A stretch of 64,000 nucleotides of DNA from Octopus sinensis (GCF_006345805.1 NC_043001.1:97712001-97776000), one strand, 5' to 3'. Shown: positions 25,517 through 38,892, counted from the stretch's first letter. Numbers and translations are program-made. The notes: generated by a model from the sequence alone, not told the origin.

Positions 25517-25653
25517 GGATTTGAACGGTTATACACGATGTTCGAATAACATTACTAAATTGCCAAATTTCCTCTTATAAATATATATATATTTATAAGA
25601 AATTCGGCAATTTAGTAATGTTATTCGAACATCGTGCATAACCGCTCGAATCC
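25517..25653. repeat. 137-bp foldback palindrome centred on (AT)n
   Basis: ggatttgaacggttatacacgatgttcgaataacattactaaattgcc versus its reverse complement at 25606-25653. Confidence 0.9.
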
Positions 25654-25699
25654 TATATATACACACACACACACACATATATATATATAGCTTTAAACA

Positions 25700-26249
25700 T
25701 TTGTCACAGGCCAAATATTTCTGGTGAGAGGTAAATTATATTACATCGACCCAAGTGTTTGACTAGAATGCCGAACTGGTGAAAGACGAATTCAACCTCG
25801 GTGGAATTTGAACTCACAATGTTACGACTGATGAAATGCCAATTTCTATTTCTTTTCTACCCACAAGGGGCTAAATACAGAGAGGACAAACAAGGACAGA
25901 AAAACGGATTGACTCGATGTTATCGACCAGGTGCGTAAATGGTACTTATTTAATCGACCCCGAAAGGATGAAAGGCAAAGTCAACCTCGACGTAATTTGA
26001 ACCCAGAACATAGCGGCAGGCGAAATACCTATTTCTTTACTACTCACAAGGGGCCAAACACAGAGAGCGCAAACAAGGACAGACAAACGGATTAAGTTGA
26101 TTACATTGACCACAGTGCGTAACTGGTACTTAATTCATCGAACCCGAAAGGATGAAAGGCAAAGTCGACCTCGGCGGAATTTGAACTCAGATCGTAACGG
26201 CAGGCGAAATACGGCTACGCTTTTCGCCCGGTGTGCTAACGATTCTGCC
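25700..26249 (-). mobile_element. Three SINE-A bodies in tandem sharing a single head
   Basis: Core gaatttgaac(t/c)ca repeated three times, junctions at ~25846 and 26028, one head at 26210-26249. Confidence 0.85.
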
Positions 26250-26286
26250 TGATCGATGCTTTCACACACACACACACACAAGCACA

Positions 26287-26333
<47 letters not shown>

Positions 26334-26374
26334 ACATACACACACACACACATATGGGTATATGAACACATACA

Positions 26375-26573
26375 TAAGACGGTATGCAGAAAAGTGCCTG
26401 AAATACAGGTACATAGTTAATTATGATTTTATTCCCCGTTCAGGTTCCCACACATATTGCAGCGCTCATTCACTTTTTCTAAGCCCCGTAGAAAACCTCA
26501 GATAGTTGTGCCTCCATCCAGAACTTTCGCGATACCTTTAAATCCAGGAAATTTACAGACCCACCCCCTCGTA
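26375..26573 (-). mobile_element. Mariner-derived MITE-like element
   Basis: Terminus reads TA-cgagggggtgggtctgtaaatttcctgg (mariner TIR type). Interior resembles a transposase C-terminus (..ERCNMCGNLNGE*). Confidence 0.55.
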
Positions 26574-26689
26574 TGCAGGTATGTATGTATGTATGTATGT
26601 ATGTATGTATGTATGTTTGTATGTATGTATATGTGAATCCAAAAAATGAAACACAAACGCAACGGACGGCAATAAAACACTCGGACAAA

Positions 26690-27680
26690 TTGGAAGAACA
26701 ACAAAGAGGAGGACAGGACAAAACAAGGACAGGTCATTCGTAACTTTCTCTCCTCAGTCAAGTTTTCATATTATACTTGTAGTTTCGGCCGGTTACATTT
26801 GAGACTGTTCAAACCTGGTTGGCTCTAAATGTCTAAGCTAAGAGCATTAAATGTTTTGGGAGAAAGCAAGGCAATGTGTAGAACAACAAAAGAAAACAAA
26901 AATTGAAAAGCGAAAAAAATACGGAAGAAATGTTACTCAATTATGAATACAAACAACAAGAAATTAACAACCGGTGTCTATCAACCAATAGAGCCGAGTC
27001 AAGTTGAGCAGGCGTTTCTGGAGTGAAGGCCTTGAAGCAGGAACATAGATGGACAGAAGAGATGGAATTCAGGCGACAGAAATAACAGGTACTTCGTGTT
27101 TGGGAGTCAAACCAAGAAAGAAGGATCGTGCTAGGCCGAATACAGGTCACGTGAGAGGAAAGGAAAGACGTGGGGACAAAGGGATTAAAGAAATGAGGGG
27201 AGGACGAGAAACACAAATAAATCAAAGGGACATAGAGAAGATACAAGGCAGATAAACGATGAATACAGGGGAGATAAACGATGAAAAATAGACAAAGAAA
27301 CGTGAGAGGGGAGCAAAAACAAGGAAAGGGGGAAGTATGAGAGGGATTAAAAGAAGAAATAACAATGTACAGTAATTAAATACATACCTACTTACAAGTA
27401 GGGCACAAAAGGGTACGTACGCCGCTATATGTATATACCAATCCCCAAAAATGGAAGAACGCAACAGTCGGCAATAAGACATTTGGACAGATAGACGATA
27501 CGAAGATGGACAGGAAAAACAACAAAAAGATGGACAAAACAGAACAAGGACGGACCGTTCGTGGCCTTCTGTTCTCAGTCCAGTTTCCAGATTATCGTTA
27601 CAATTTCGGCCAGACGCACACAAGACTGTTCAAATCTGGCTGGCTCCCACAATCAAAGCTAACAACATTAAATGTTACAG
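26690..27680. repeat. Diverged ~170-bp direct repeats (26690-26870, 27500-27680) with purine-rich spacer; possible Penelope-type LTR pair
   Basis: Shared acaaggac..ctcagtc.agttt.ca.atta..tttcggcc..gactgttcaaa.ctgg..cattaaatgtt..ggagaaag. Confidence 0.55.
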
Positions 27681-27730
27681 GAGAAAGTAAGCAAATGTAT
27701 GTATGTATTTCTCTTTCTCTCTTTTTCTCT

Positions 27731-28121
27731 TTTTACTTGTTCCAGTCATTTTGACTGCGGCCATGCTGGTGCACCGCCTTTAATCGAGCATCTCAACCCC
27801 GGGACTTATTCTTTGTAAGCCCAGTACTTATTCTACCGGTCTTTTGCCGAACCGCTAAGTGACGGGGACATAAACACACCAGCATCGGTTGTCAAGCAAT
27901 GTTAGGGGGACAAACACAGACACACAAACATAAACGCACATACACATATATACATATATACGACGGGCTTCTTTCCGTTTCCGTCTACCAAATCTACTCA
28001 CAAGGCTGTGGTCGGCCCGAGGCTATGGTAGAAAACACTTGCCCAAGGTGCCACGCAGTGGTACTGAACCCGGGACCATGTGGTTCGTAAACAAGTTACT
28101 TAACAAACAGCAACTCCTGCG

Positions 28122-28124
<3 letters not shown>
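27731..28124 (-). mobile_element. SINE family B, full length
   Basis: Both halves and the internal CA/TA tract are present; ends ..actcctgcgcct. Confidence 0.9.
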
Positions 28125-28163
<39 letters not shown>

Positions 28164-28217
28164 AACACATAAGAGACGACCATAATAGGACATCTGACTC
28201 ACTAGAAAGAGCAGTTA

Positions 28218-28273
<56 letters not shown>

Positions 28274-28274
28274 C

Positions 28275-28322
<48 letters not shown>

Positions 28323-28332
28323 CATATATATA

Positions 28333-28401
<69 letters not shown>

Positions 28402-28470
28402 CATATATACACACACAAACACACACATATATATATATATGTATATATATATATATGCATATATGTATAA

Positions 28471-28501
<31 letters not shown>

Positions 28502-28602
28502 ATATATATGTATATATATACATATATATATACACACACAGACATATATATATATATGTATATATATACGTAATCAAGTATGGGCGTATATGAACTGATA
28601 CC

Positions 28603-28652
<50 letters not shown>
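28125..28652. repeat. Complex (AT)n microsatellite block
   Basis: Direct inspection. Confidence 0.9.
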
Positions 28653-28656
<4 letters not shown>

Positions 28657-29497
28657 GGAGATAACGTTTCATGTATTTGTTCTTCGTTACTCATATCTGT
28701 TTTTCTCTTCTCTCCATCCTTCTAAACTGACTTTGTTTTTCTCTCACGTATTTTGTTATTACGAAATGTTTTTGTCAATTACAGTTATTTAAATGTACAT
28801 TTCTACATTTGGACCCAACGGAACTCGGACTGACATTTAAATTGATATAACTTTAAAAATAGTTTCTTTTGTTTTATGGCCTTCTATTAGTAGTTTCGTT
28901 TTGTTTGTTTAGACTGACAGGTCAAAACCGACGTTCGGACGTACCGACTGATGTTTTCTTACTATTTCAGCCTCGGTTATTTGAAGCACTGTATTTGTAG
29001 GAAACCACAGTAACAAAGAAACAAAAATTCGTCCGAATGCATACATACAAATATACATTTCAGAACAAATTTTGCTGTTCACTTTTATATGAACCAACTT
29101 AGTTTTACAACAAAAATAAAAATACATAAATAAACCTGATCTTTGAGGTTATTTGTTATAAAGCATTTGCACCGTGGTTATCCGTTTTGTACTTCTCGGT
29201 TCTGCATGGACTGTATATTACACCAATATATCTATATCTAACAGGTTTTCATATTTATTTTATTAAAAATTCAAATAATATTTACAATTTTAGCAGCACT
29301 CTATATTTTTTTTATATACGCCTAGGAGTAGGAGTGGCAGTGTCGTAAGTAGCTTGCTTACCAACCACATGGTTCCGGGTTCAGTCCCACTGCGTGGCAC
29401 CTTGGGCAAGTGCCTTCTACTATAGTCTCGGGCAGACCAAAACCTTGCGAGTGGATTTGGAAGATGGAAAGTGAAAGAAGCCCGTTGTATATATATA

Positions 29498-29635
<138 letters not shown>

Positions 29636-29641
29636 TATATA

Positions 29642-30239
29642 CACTTTTGCCCGAGCCCACCTTGAATACTGTTGTCCACTGTGGTCTCCCCACACAAAAC
29701 AAAGTATCATAAAAGTTGAAGCACCTCAAAGGGCAATCACAAAAAAGATGGATGGCATGACAGGCCTCGACTATTGGGGTCGACTAGAAAAGCTAAAACT
29801 TTATTCTCTCCAACGTCGTCGTGAGCGCTACATCATCTGCATGATGTGGAAAATATTCCATCAGCATTGCCCAAATGATGTTGGCATCACCTTTAAGGTA
29901 CATCCAAGGCTTGGGCCCCGTGTCATCCGCCCAAAACAAAAATCGCACTCTCATCTCATAACAACAATACGGCACATTTATTTTACCTCAATTGGCCCCG
30001 CTCTCTTTAACATTACACCAAAACACATTAAAACAGAAACAGACCCTATAGGGTTCAAGAAGTCTTTGGACAGATTCCTTCAAGAAATCCCGGATAAACC
30101 CCGTACACCCGGATATATCTCTACTTGAGTGGGCCATAGTGCCCAAATTCTGACTTGAAAGACTTCAGCAGGTGATGCTATTAAGTTAGACATGGCCTGG
30201 GACACTAATGGCCGAAACCTATCAAGGTATCAAAGTAAA

Positions 30240-30240
<1 letters not shown>
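29642..30240 (+). mobile_element. 5'-truncated CR1-like LINE (RT C-terminus + 3' UTR)
   Basis: Open frame from 29643: [55 protein letters not shown], typical of the CR1 C-terminus. Tail atcaaggtatcaaagtaaag. Confidence 0.88.
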
Positions 30241-30318
<78 letters not shown>

Positions 30319-30531
30319 GTGAAATAGAAAGATGAATAATCTTGTAGTAGATTAATCAACAGTTTAACCGATACCTTAGTAGCAAAAATCACAGCAGTAA
30401 ACAGCACGGTTGGAGGTACAACCATCTGGCGTTGCAACCGTGCGTTGGTGCGGATAATTGAAATTAAAACATTATTGGTGAATTGAAGAAATGGAGCTGA
30501 ACGCAGATTGAACAGAAATCGTTTTATTTCA

Positions 30532-30611
30532 TTCTACACGTGTTTCGAAAGGCACAAATTACCAAAATCCGATTGAATAATGGGACCATATTGTGTCTTT
30601 CTCTTCAGGAA
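30532..30611 (-). ncRNA. Type-I hammerhead ribozyme, canonical core
   Basis: UUC CUGAAGA GAAAGACACAA [loop] UUGUGCCUUUC GAAA CACGUG UA GAA. Stem II is 11 bp with one mismatch; stem III is the palindrome ACACGUGU; perfect 27-bp flanking inverted repeat. Confidence 0.75.
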
Positions 30612-30637
30612 GAAAAACGATTTCTGTTCAATCTGCG

Positions 30638-30686
<49 letters not shown>

Positions 30687-31023
30687 CTATGTTTGTGTGT
30701 CTGTGTCTGCCTCCCCCAACATCGCTTAACAACCGATGCTGGGGCGTTTACCTCCCCGCTGTTCGGCAAAAGTGACCGATAGAATAAGTATCAGGCTTAC
30801 AAAGAATACCTCCTGGGGTCGATTTGCTCGACTAAAGGCGGTGCTCCAGCAAGGTCACAGTCAAATGACTGAAGCAAGTAAAGAGTATATAAGGTTCATT
30901 ATTTTAAATCTATTCACTGATATAATAAAACGTTCCACAAGCTTAATTTAAATGGCTGATTGACCATGTTTTGCATTGCTTTCCTCCCATTCATCAAGTA
31001 CTGGTAGAAAAACGTTAAGAAAG

Positions 31024-31160
<137 letters not shown>

Positions 31161-31217
31161 TCACTATTTCTAAATCTCTCAATGAGAGATATTCACTAAG
31201 AGTTTTTTTTTTAAATG

Positions 31218-31565
31218 TCCCAACATAATGTGGCTGCCCTTGATAGGATGATTGTTACTGTTGCTTAGCCCCAGGAAAAATCTTTTCCACTTGGCTATAC
31301 GACACAATATGTGTGTCCTTAAGTTTTCGAACAGGGAGCTCAGCACCACCATCCAGCACAAAGCAACATCTGTGGGCCGGTTTCTGGGTTATAGCGCTTT
31401 ATGAGCACAGTGTGGCCAACATAATGTGGCTGTCCTGGGTGGGATGATTATTACTGTTGTTCCGCCAAAAAAACATCGTTTCCAGCCGACTATACGACAC
31501 AATATTTGTGTGCATATATTTTCGAACAGGAAACCCAGCACCCCCATCCAACAAAAAGCAACCCT
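31218..31565. repeat. Diverged ~150-bp tandem duplication
   Basis: ccaacataatgtggctg..ggatgatt.ttactgttg..ctatacgacacaatat.tgtgt..ttttcgaacagg at 31218 and 31416. Confidence 0.8.
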
Positions 31566-31760
31566 TTTCACAGGTTTTGGGGTTGTATATACAATATAAA
31601 TATTATTGCAATACAATAGTATTATTTTCCAAATAAGGAGAATTACAAATATGTATGATTACAAATAGAAAATAGCGATTTGCTTTCAGTTTACAGTTAG
31701 GCGTTCAACCGACTATTGTGGGATTGATGTAGCGAATGTTTGAAAATTTCGTGTTTGGTG

Positions 31761-31835
31761 AATCTAGCTGAAGAGAACTAACCGAAGTTACGATAACAGA
31801 CGTATTAGGAAAATCCGAAACTCGAGTACTAGATT
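31761..31835 (+). ncRNA. Type-I hammerhead-like motif
   Basis: AAUCUAG CUGAAGA ga..ucc GAAA CUCGAG UA CUAGAUU. Perfect 7-bp stem I, palindromic stem III, poorly paired stem II. Confidence 0.6.
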
Positions 31836-31956
31836 ATCCAATCTAGGTTGTATATTTATATATGTGTGTGCATGTATGCATTACGCTCACTGTGAAAGTG
31901 ACCGTGCCTGCCAGTAAGCTACCAGGTATTGACCATTCGTGTTATATATATATATG

Positions 31957-32004
<48 letters not shown>

Positions 32005-32281
32005 TTTGAAATTGTCTTTGGTCAACACATATCTAAGTTTAATATATATGCATGTACGAGTGAATGAAAGTGTATTTCTATTTATGTGCCTATGTATAAT
32101 ACGAAACAGGTAGAATATGTGTAATCTATTGTAAATAATATATGAATCGCTGTGATAACATATATTTTCAGAAGTATTGATTGCAATGATATTTTCTGTA
32201 TCTAAATATGTTAACACAATAGAGACAATTGTCTGCTTTATAAGGTGAACTCTACAACAAAGATGTGATTTTCTCTATACG

Positions 32282-32312
<31 letters not shown>

Positions 32313-33289
32313 ACTTTATATAAAATTAATACGTTACATTAATTTAAACATTAAACTTCAATAATTTTTCGTGCAGAACACAATTCTCCGCTGGAGAAAT
32401 ATTATCGTCACCATCGCTTTTCCATATAAAGATATGGTTTTGCTCAAAGCAGGGAATATGACATGTTCACTTAGAAAAAAGTTCAACATTACAAACGCGT
32501 CACGCCGAGATAACTGAATGCTATCATGTTGCAATAGGAAATATCGTTGTGTCAGCGTTACGTTGATGACACATACATCAAAATGTACGGTTAATATTTC
32601 GCAATGAAATATTTCAATACTCTACTCTTGCAATAAACGATTTCATAGAAATGTTTCATTTACACATGGCAATAAATATATTAAGCATATCAAGAATTTG
32701 GAATTATAGAATTAATCTATTAATATTATATGCTTATAAAAAAAAAAAAACACACACACACACATTAGGAATAATTTTTACTGCTTAGGAGGGGAAGGTG
32801 TTGCCCAACAGAATTTGATTACGAGTCATCTGGTCACGGTGGAGTTCTATATCTTCTCCCAAATCGGAAAATTAACCCAAAGATTTTCAAGAGTAGAAAT
32901 CGCTAAAATCACTTAGGGTAAACTAGGTAGAGTCACAATAGGTATAAAATGATACGCAAGGTATGTATTTAAACGTTCTAGATTTCCATCCGCCCGACGC
33001 TATAGGTTATATAGGAAAGTAAAATATAATCCTACAGTGTACTGAAACTAATGTACAAATAGGATGCAACAGGGTATGTTCATTCAATATACAAACCTCT
33101 ACGTCGTTGCGTGTCCTGTTAGGAATGGTAGCTAAACCTCCCGATGCTGTTTGTTAACTATACCAGTGCTTCATTAGAGCACAAAAACAATGATAGAAGA
33201 AAAAGAACACCCTTAATGGTAAACGGACAATAAACTTGTCGGACATTACTAGACGGTACTGGTGCATTTTCTTTTCTTTTATTCTTTTA

Positions 33290-33506
33290 TTCTTATATTT
33301 GTTTGTCATTTGACTGCGGCCATGCTGCAGCGCCGCCTTTAGTCGATCAAATCAACTCCAGGACCTATTCTTTGTATGCAGAGTACTTACTCTATCGCCC
33401 CTCTTGCCGAACCGCTAAGTGACAGGGGCATAACACACCGGCATCGGTTGTGAAGCGATGTTGGGGGGACAAACACAGACACTCTGACATATACATATAC
33501 ATATAT

Positions 33507-33556
<50 letters not shown>

Positions 33557-33716
33557 CGGGCTTCTTTCAGTTTCCCTTTACCAAATCCACTCGCAAGTCT
33601 TTGGTCAGCCTGAGGTTATAGCAGAAGACACTTCCCCAAGGTGCCACGCAGTGGGACTGAAAACGAAACCATGTGGTTGGTAAGCAAGCTACTTACCACA
33701 GAGCCACTCCTGCACC
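33290..33716 (-). mobile_element. SINE family B, full length
   Basis: Both halves plus the internal (TA)n. Confidence 0.9.
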
Positions 33717-34038
33717 TATGTATGTGCAACAGACGAACATTTCCCATCCATGTCGGTAGGAAGTTGCTTAAACGACAATCAGTATTTGAATTTAAAGTAC
33801 AATACATACTTTGCTAAAGGTGTCCAATTGTTCTGTCAACAAAGTACTGTTCTATATTCTACGCTATATTCTAATAGATTTTCACATTCCCAAACTCTAC
33901 CAATCCTGACTTCAATGTCGTATTCAGTATAAACATTTTAGAATGGCAATATTAAATGACTGTATACAAATTACGTCATAAGTCACATCACTTTAATATT
34001 CGATCTCATATCAGATCATTACTAGGCATATGAATATC

Positions 34039-34093
<55 letters not shown>

Positions 34094-34410
34094 TATATAT
34101 ATATATTACTATAATAATAATAATAATAGTAATAATAATAATAATAATATTATAATAATAATAGTAATACTAAATAATAATAATAATAATAATAAATAAT
34201 AATAATAATAATAATAATATAGGGTAAAATTAATTAATCAATTAATAATTAATAAAGTTACCATGTAGTTCGGCGGTATGTTAAAAGAACCATTATCGGT
34301 AAACTTATACAGAAATTTTATGATTATGAGCATAATTATAATTAGGGTTCAGCAAACTTTGTTTCACCACATAGCGAAATTTAGAAATAGCAGTTAAAAT
34401 ATTATTCTAC

Positions 34411-36239
34411 TATCTAGGAGAATGGGCACACGCATCTTAAAATATCTTAAAATATATACTAATATATACTTATCCACTTCTACATACATATGTACAATTA
34501 CACACAAACAATTTTTGAAAAATGTTCCCTAAAGTTTTTGAAAATTTTTCCCAAGAGTTTTTGAAAATTTTTCCCAAAAATATTTGAAAATTTTCCCCAA
34601 AAATTTTTGAAAATTATTCCCAAAAATTTTTGAAAATTTTCCCCCAAAAATTTTTGAAAGTTTTCACCAAAAATTTTTCAAAATTTTCCCCTAAAATGGG
34701 CAGATGCATCTGTGTGTGTGTGTACATGTGTATGTGCAAGTGAACGTATGTCCGTGTACTGGTATGTGCCCGTCAAAGTTGCGTACATGACTGTTATATT
34801 GTTGGAGGTTGTATATATATATACATACACATATGTTTGCATAGACGCACACACATATATATATATGTGTGTGGGTGTGTGTTTGTCCCTCTCTTCATCG
34901 TCTAACGGTGAATGGACACAACGTTTAGGTGCAACTGTGCACATATAACCATATACATATACACAAGTGCACTCAATCATACGTATAATCTTAAAATATA
35001 TACTCATAAATGCTTATCCACTTCTACATACATATGTACTATTACACACATACACACACACAATTTTTGAAAATTATCCCCCAACATTTTTGAAAATTTT
35101 TCCCAAGAATATTTGAAAATATTTCTCAAAAATTTTTGAAAATTTTCACCAAAATTATTCCCTAAAATTTTTGAAAATTTTTGAAAATGTTTCCCAAGAA
35201 TTTTTCAAAATTTTTCCAAAAATGTTTTGAAAATTTTCCCCCCAAATCTCTGAAAATTTTTCCCAAAGATTTTTGAAAATTTTTCCCAAAGAGTTTTCAA
35301 AATTTTTCCCTAAAATGGGCAGACGCATCTGTTTGTGTGTGTACATGTGTATGTGCATGTGAACGTATGTCGGTGTACTGGTATGTGCCCGTCCAAGTTG
35401 CGTACATGACTGTTACATTGTTGTATATATACACACATATATGTTTGTATAGACGCACACACATATATATATATATGTGTATGGCTGTGTGTTTGTCCCT
35501 CTCATCATCGTCTAACGGTGAATGGATATAACGTTTAGGTGCAACTATGCACATATAACCATATACATATACACAAGTACACACAATCATATAGACACAC
35601 TCATAAATAAACGTATAATCTTAAAATATATGCTCATAAATGCTTATCCACTTCTACATACATATGTACTATTACATACGTACACACACAAGTTTTGAAA
35701 ATTTTTCAAAATTTTTCCCAAGAACTTTTTGAAAATTTTTCCCAAGAATTGTTGAAAATTTTCCCCAAAAATGTTTGAAAACTTTCCCAAAAAATTTTTG
35801 AAAATTTTTCCCAAAAATTTTTCAAAATTTTCCTGAAAAATTTTTGAAAATTTTTTCCAAAACTCTTTGAAAATTTTCCCTAAAAATTTAAAAAAATTTT
35901 TCCCAAAAATTTTTCCCAAAACATTTTTGAAAATTTCCCAAAATTTTTCAAAATTTTTCCAAAAAATTTTTCAAAATTTTAAACTAAAATGGGTAGACGC
36001 ATCTGTGTGTGTACATGTGTATGTGCATGTGAACGTATGTCCGTGTACTGGTATGTGCCCGTCCAATTTGTGTTCATGACTGTTACTTTGTTTAAAATTG
36101 TATATATACACACATATATGTTTGTATAGACGCACACACATATATATGTGTGGGTGAGTGTTTGTTCTTCTCATCATCGTCTAACGTTGAATGGATACAC
36201 ATATACACACACAGATGCGTCTGCCCATTCTCCTAGATA
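34411..36239. mobile_element. TIR-bounded element containing three tandem ~600-bp units with A/T-tract arrays
   Basis: TA|tctaggagaatgggcacacgcatc ... gatgcgtctgcccattctcctaga|TA (23/24 inverted match). Unit starts ctaaaatggg(c/t)aga(t/c)gcatctg at ~34691, ~35310 and ~35983. Confidence 0.7.
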
Positions 36240-37480
36240 CTCACGTACATACGTAGCACATAAGTAAAAACATACATACATGCGTATGAGCATACACACG
36301 TACATACGCACGTACATGTACACACATACACACATACATACGCACATACATACATACGCATTTACATACATACGCACATTCGTACGTGCATACTCACATA
36401 CTTACATACATACACACATACATACGTGTATATATATACCTTGAACTAACTAGATGTAAAGGAAAAAACAAGATAAGTAATAGTAAAAGAAAAGTCTTGA
36501 GATATAGAGATAAGTGGCTGATAATAGGTTTTAGAGTTTTGTCGTGGGAGTAAGGGTCGTAAATCACTTCCTAGTTTCGGCGGGGGAGGTTGAAATTTGA
36601 TATTATTGTGATGAGTGGTCAGTCTACACCTATCCACCACTACAGGTTTATAGATTTAAGTTTATAGTGTCTGTGTGTGTGCATACACACACACACATAC
36701 ATACATACATACATACATACATACATACATACATACTTGCGTACGTACGTACATACATACATGCATGCATGCATACATATATGCGTGCATACATACATAC
36801 ACACATACATACGTACATATATATAACGAACTAACTGTTACTTTCTCAGATGCAGCACGGATTTTTGTCTGTGAACAGATCGCGGTCTTAAAGCGACGAA
36901 AATATTTTGACAAATTAAACTTAAATGTTGAAGTGAATCGAACGGCTTTTGGTGTTTCTTAAATGGCTTACAAACACCTTCTACGCTACAATTGTTTTCC
37001 TCTCAGCACACGATCTCAGATCAAATCACTTGCTATGCAATTACATCTCCCTATATGTATATACATATACTTATATATATACACATATTTGCATATGTAT
37101 GTGTCTGTATATGTGTATTTACGTGTACATGCCTGCATGTGTGTGTGTGTGTAAACAGGACAATATGCCCTGATGCACTTCAACTTCTCAGAAAATTTAG
37201 ATGTAATGCACAGATAAATATTATTCTATATTAAATGCCAATAAATGTACTACGTTGTAACCCTAATATGAAAAATGCAATAGGTTGAACAGTTATCAAC
37301 TTTTGTAAGTTTCAGAATTTATATGAAGAGGCAGCTTAGAACTTGTAATGTACCCTCTGGAAACGTACGTATTAAACGCAATCGAAATATCACTAATTGG
37401 TTATGAGATAATCTAATCATATGTACATATATTATATATATATATACATATATATATACATATATATATAATATATATAT

Positions 37481-37542
<62 letters not shown>

Positions 37543-38077
37543 CGGCGTACGTACGCTTTCTTCTCTGATATATATATACATACGAATACATATTAATTAT
37601 TTATCCTTTTACTGTAAAGGATACGGAGAGGACGTTAGTTCACGTACGTCTTTGCTATAATTTTACGGTAGCTGAAAGGGACATATCCTTAAAGAAATAT
37701 AAGTGGACAACAGTGTTATGCGGTAACTTCCCACAATTAGTGCTGTTGTTAAATGGGGTGATGAATTAGATATATCTTCCTTGATCTATCACTAAATTAA
37801 GCCCGGTAGATATCTCTAACTAAATAATGTGACCCTAAAAGACGAATGGCAAATTTATTCTTATCACGATTTATCCTAAGAGTGCAGGGGACCTTCATTC
37901 GTAACCATAACAATTTGAATTGTAAGCTCAAAGTAATGGAAGAATAAAAGGGAAAAGAAAGGAGTTATCTATTGAATATTTTCGTACATAGGTTTCTACT
38001 GTATCTTACTCTGACACTGTCTTGATTCTCCTATATTATCAACTTGCCCTCGCTTGCTTTGTCTCTGTATTTATGTA

Positions 38078-38178
<101 letters not shown>

Positions 38179-38892
38179 GTCTACATACACTCACTTTTTC
38201 ATATTATGGAGCTTTTATTGTCACAAAAATCTCCCTCCTCTAACTAAATTACATGGCCTCTCTCTAGTATTGTTCCATAGAGTTATTTGTTTTTTAATAA
38301 TCGATTCATCTCCCATTCGCACACATTACCCGAACACATATTTTTCAACTTTCCCCCTTTCATGTATAACATTCCCCTCTCTGCATACCTACCTCTCACT
38401 TTCTCATTTTTTCACTAATCTTGGTTTCACCCCTTTAATATCATTCATCTCTCTGTGTCTCTTTCCTCTCTCTCTCTCCTTCTATCTTTTTCTCTCTATC
38501 AATCTCACTCTCTCACTCCTACTATCTGAAAAACGATCGGCATTCAAGACGAGTCTATATTGTTTCTCCACAATTGACTTTAATCTATTACCGCTGGCAA
38601 TTAAATGTAATTTAAGAGTATTTTCTGTCAGATGGTATGGTTAGAAAGAATGAACAAAGGGCAGATAGATAAAATGAGAGAGAAAAGACGGGGTCTGTAT
38701 TTTATCATGATGGACATGATATGGTCTACTGCTGATAGAAATTTTAATCATATTGATTTTGTTCGCTCTTGTTATTTTCCAATGTACCACTTATTGTATT
38801 GTCTGTATAATAGTTTTCCTCTATTTCATAGGTCAATTGCCTCTATGGGGGTGAGTATTATTGCAAAATAAGAAAAACACCCGTTCACAACA

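Noticed and set aside
35644-35919. KIF/KNF-rich amphipathic-looking ORF
   Set aside because: Product of the A/T-tract repeat; no evidence of coding.
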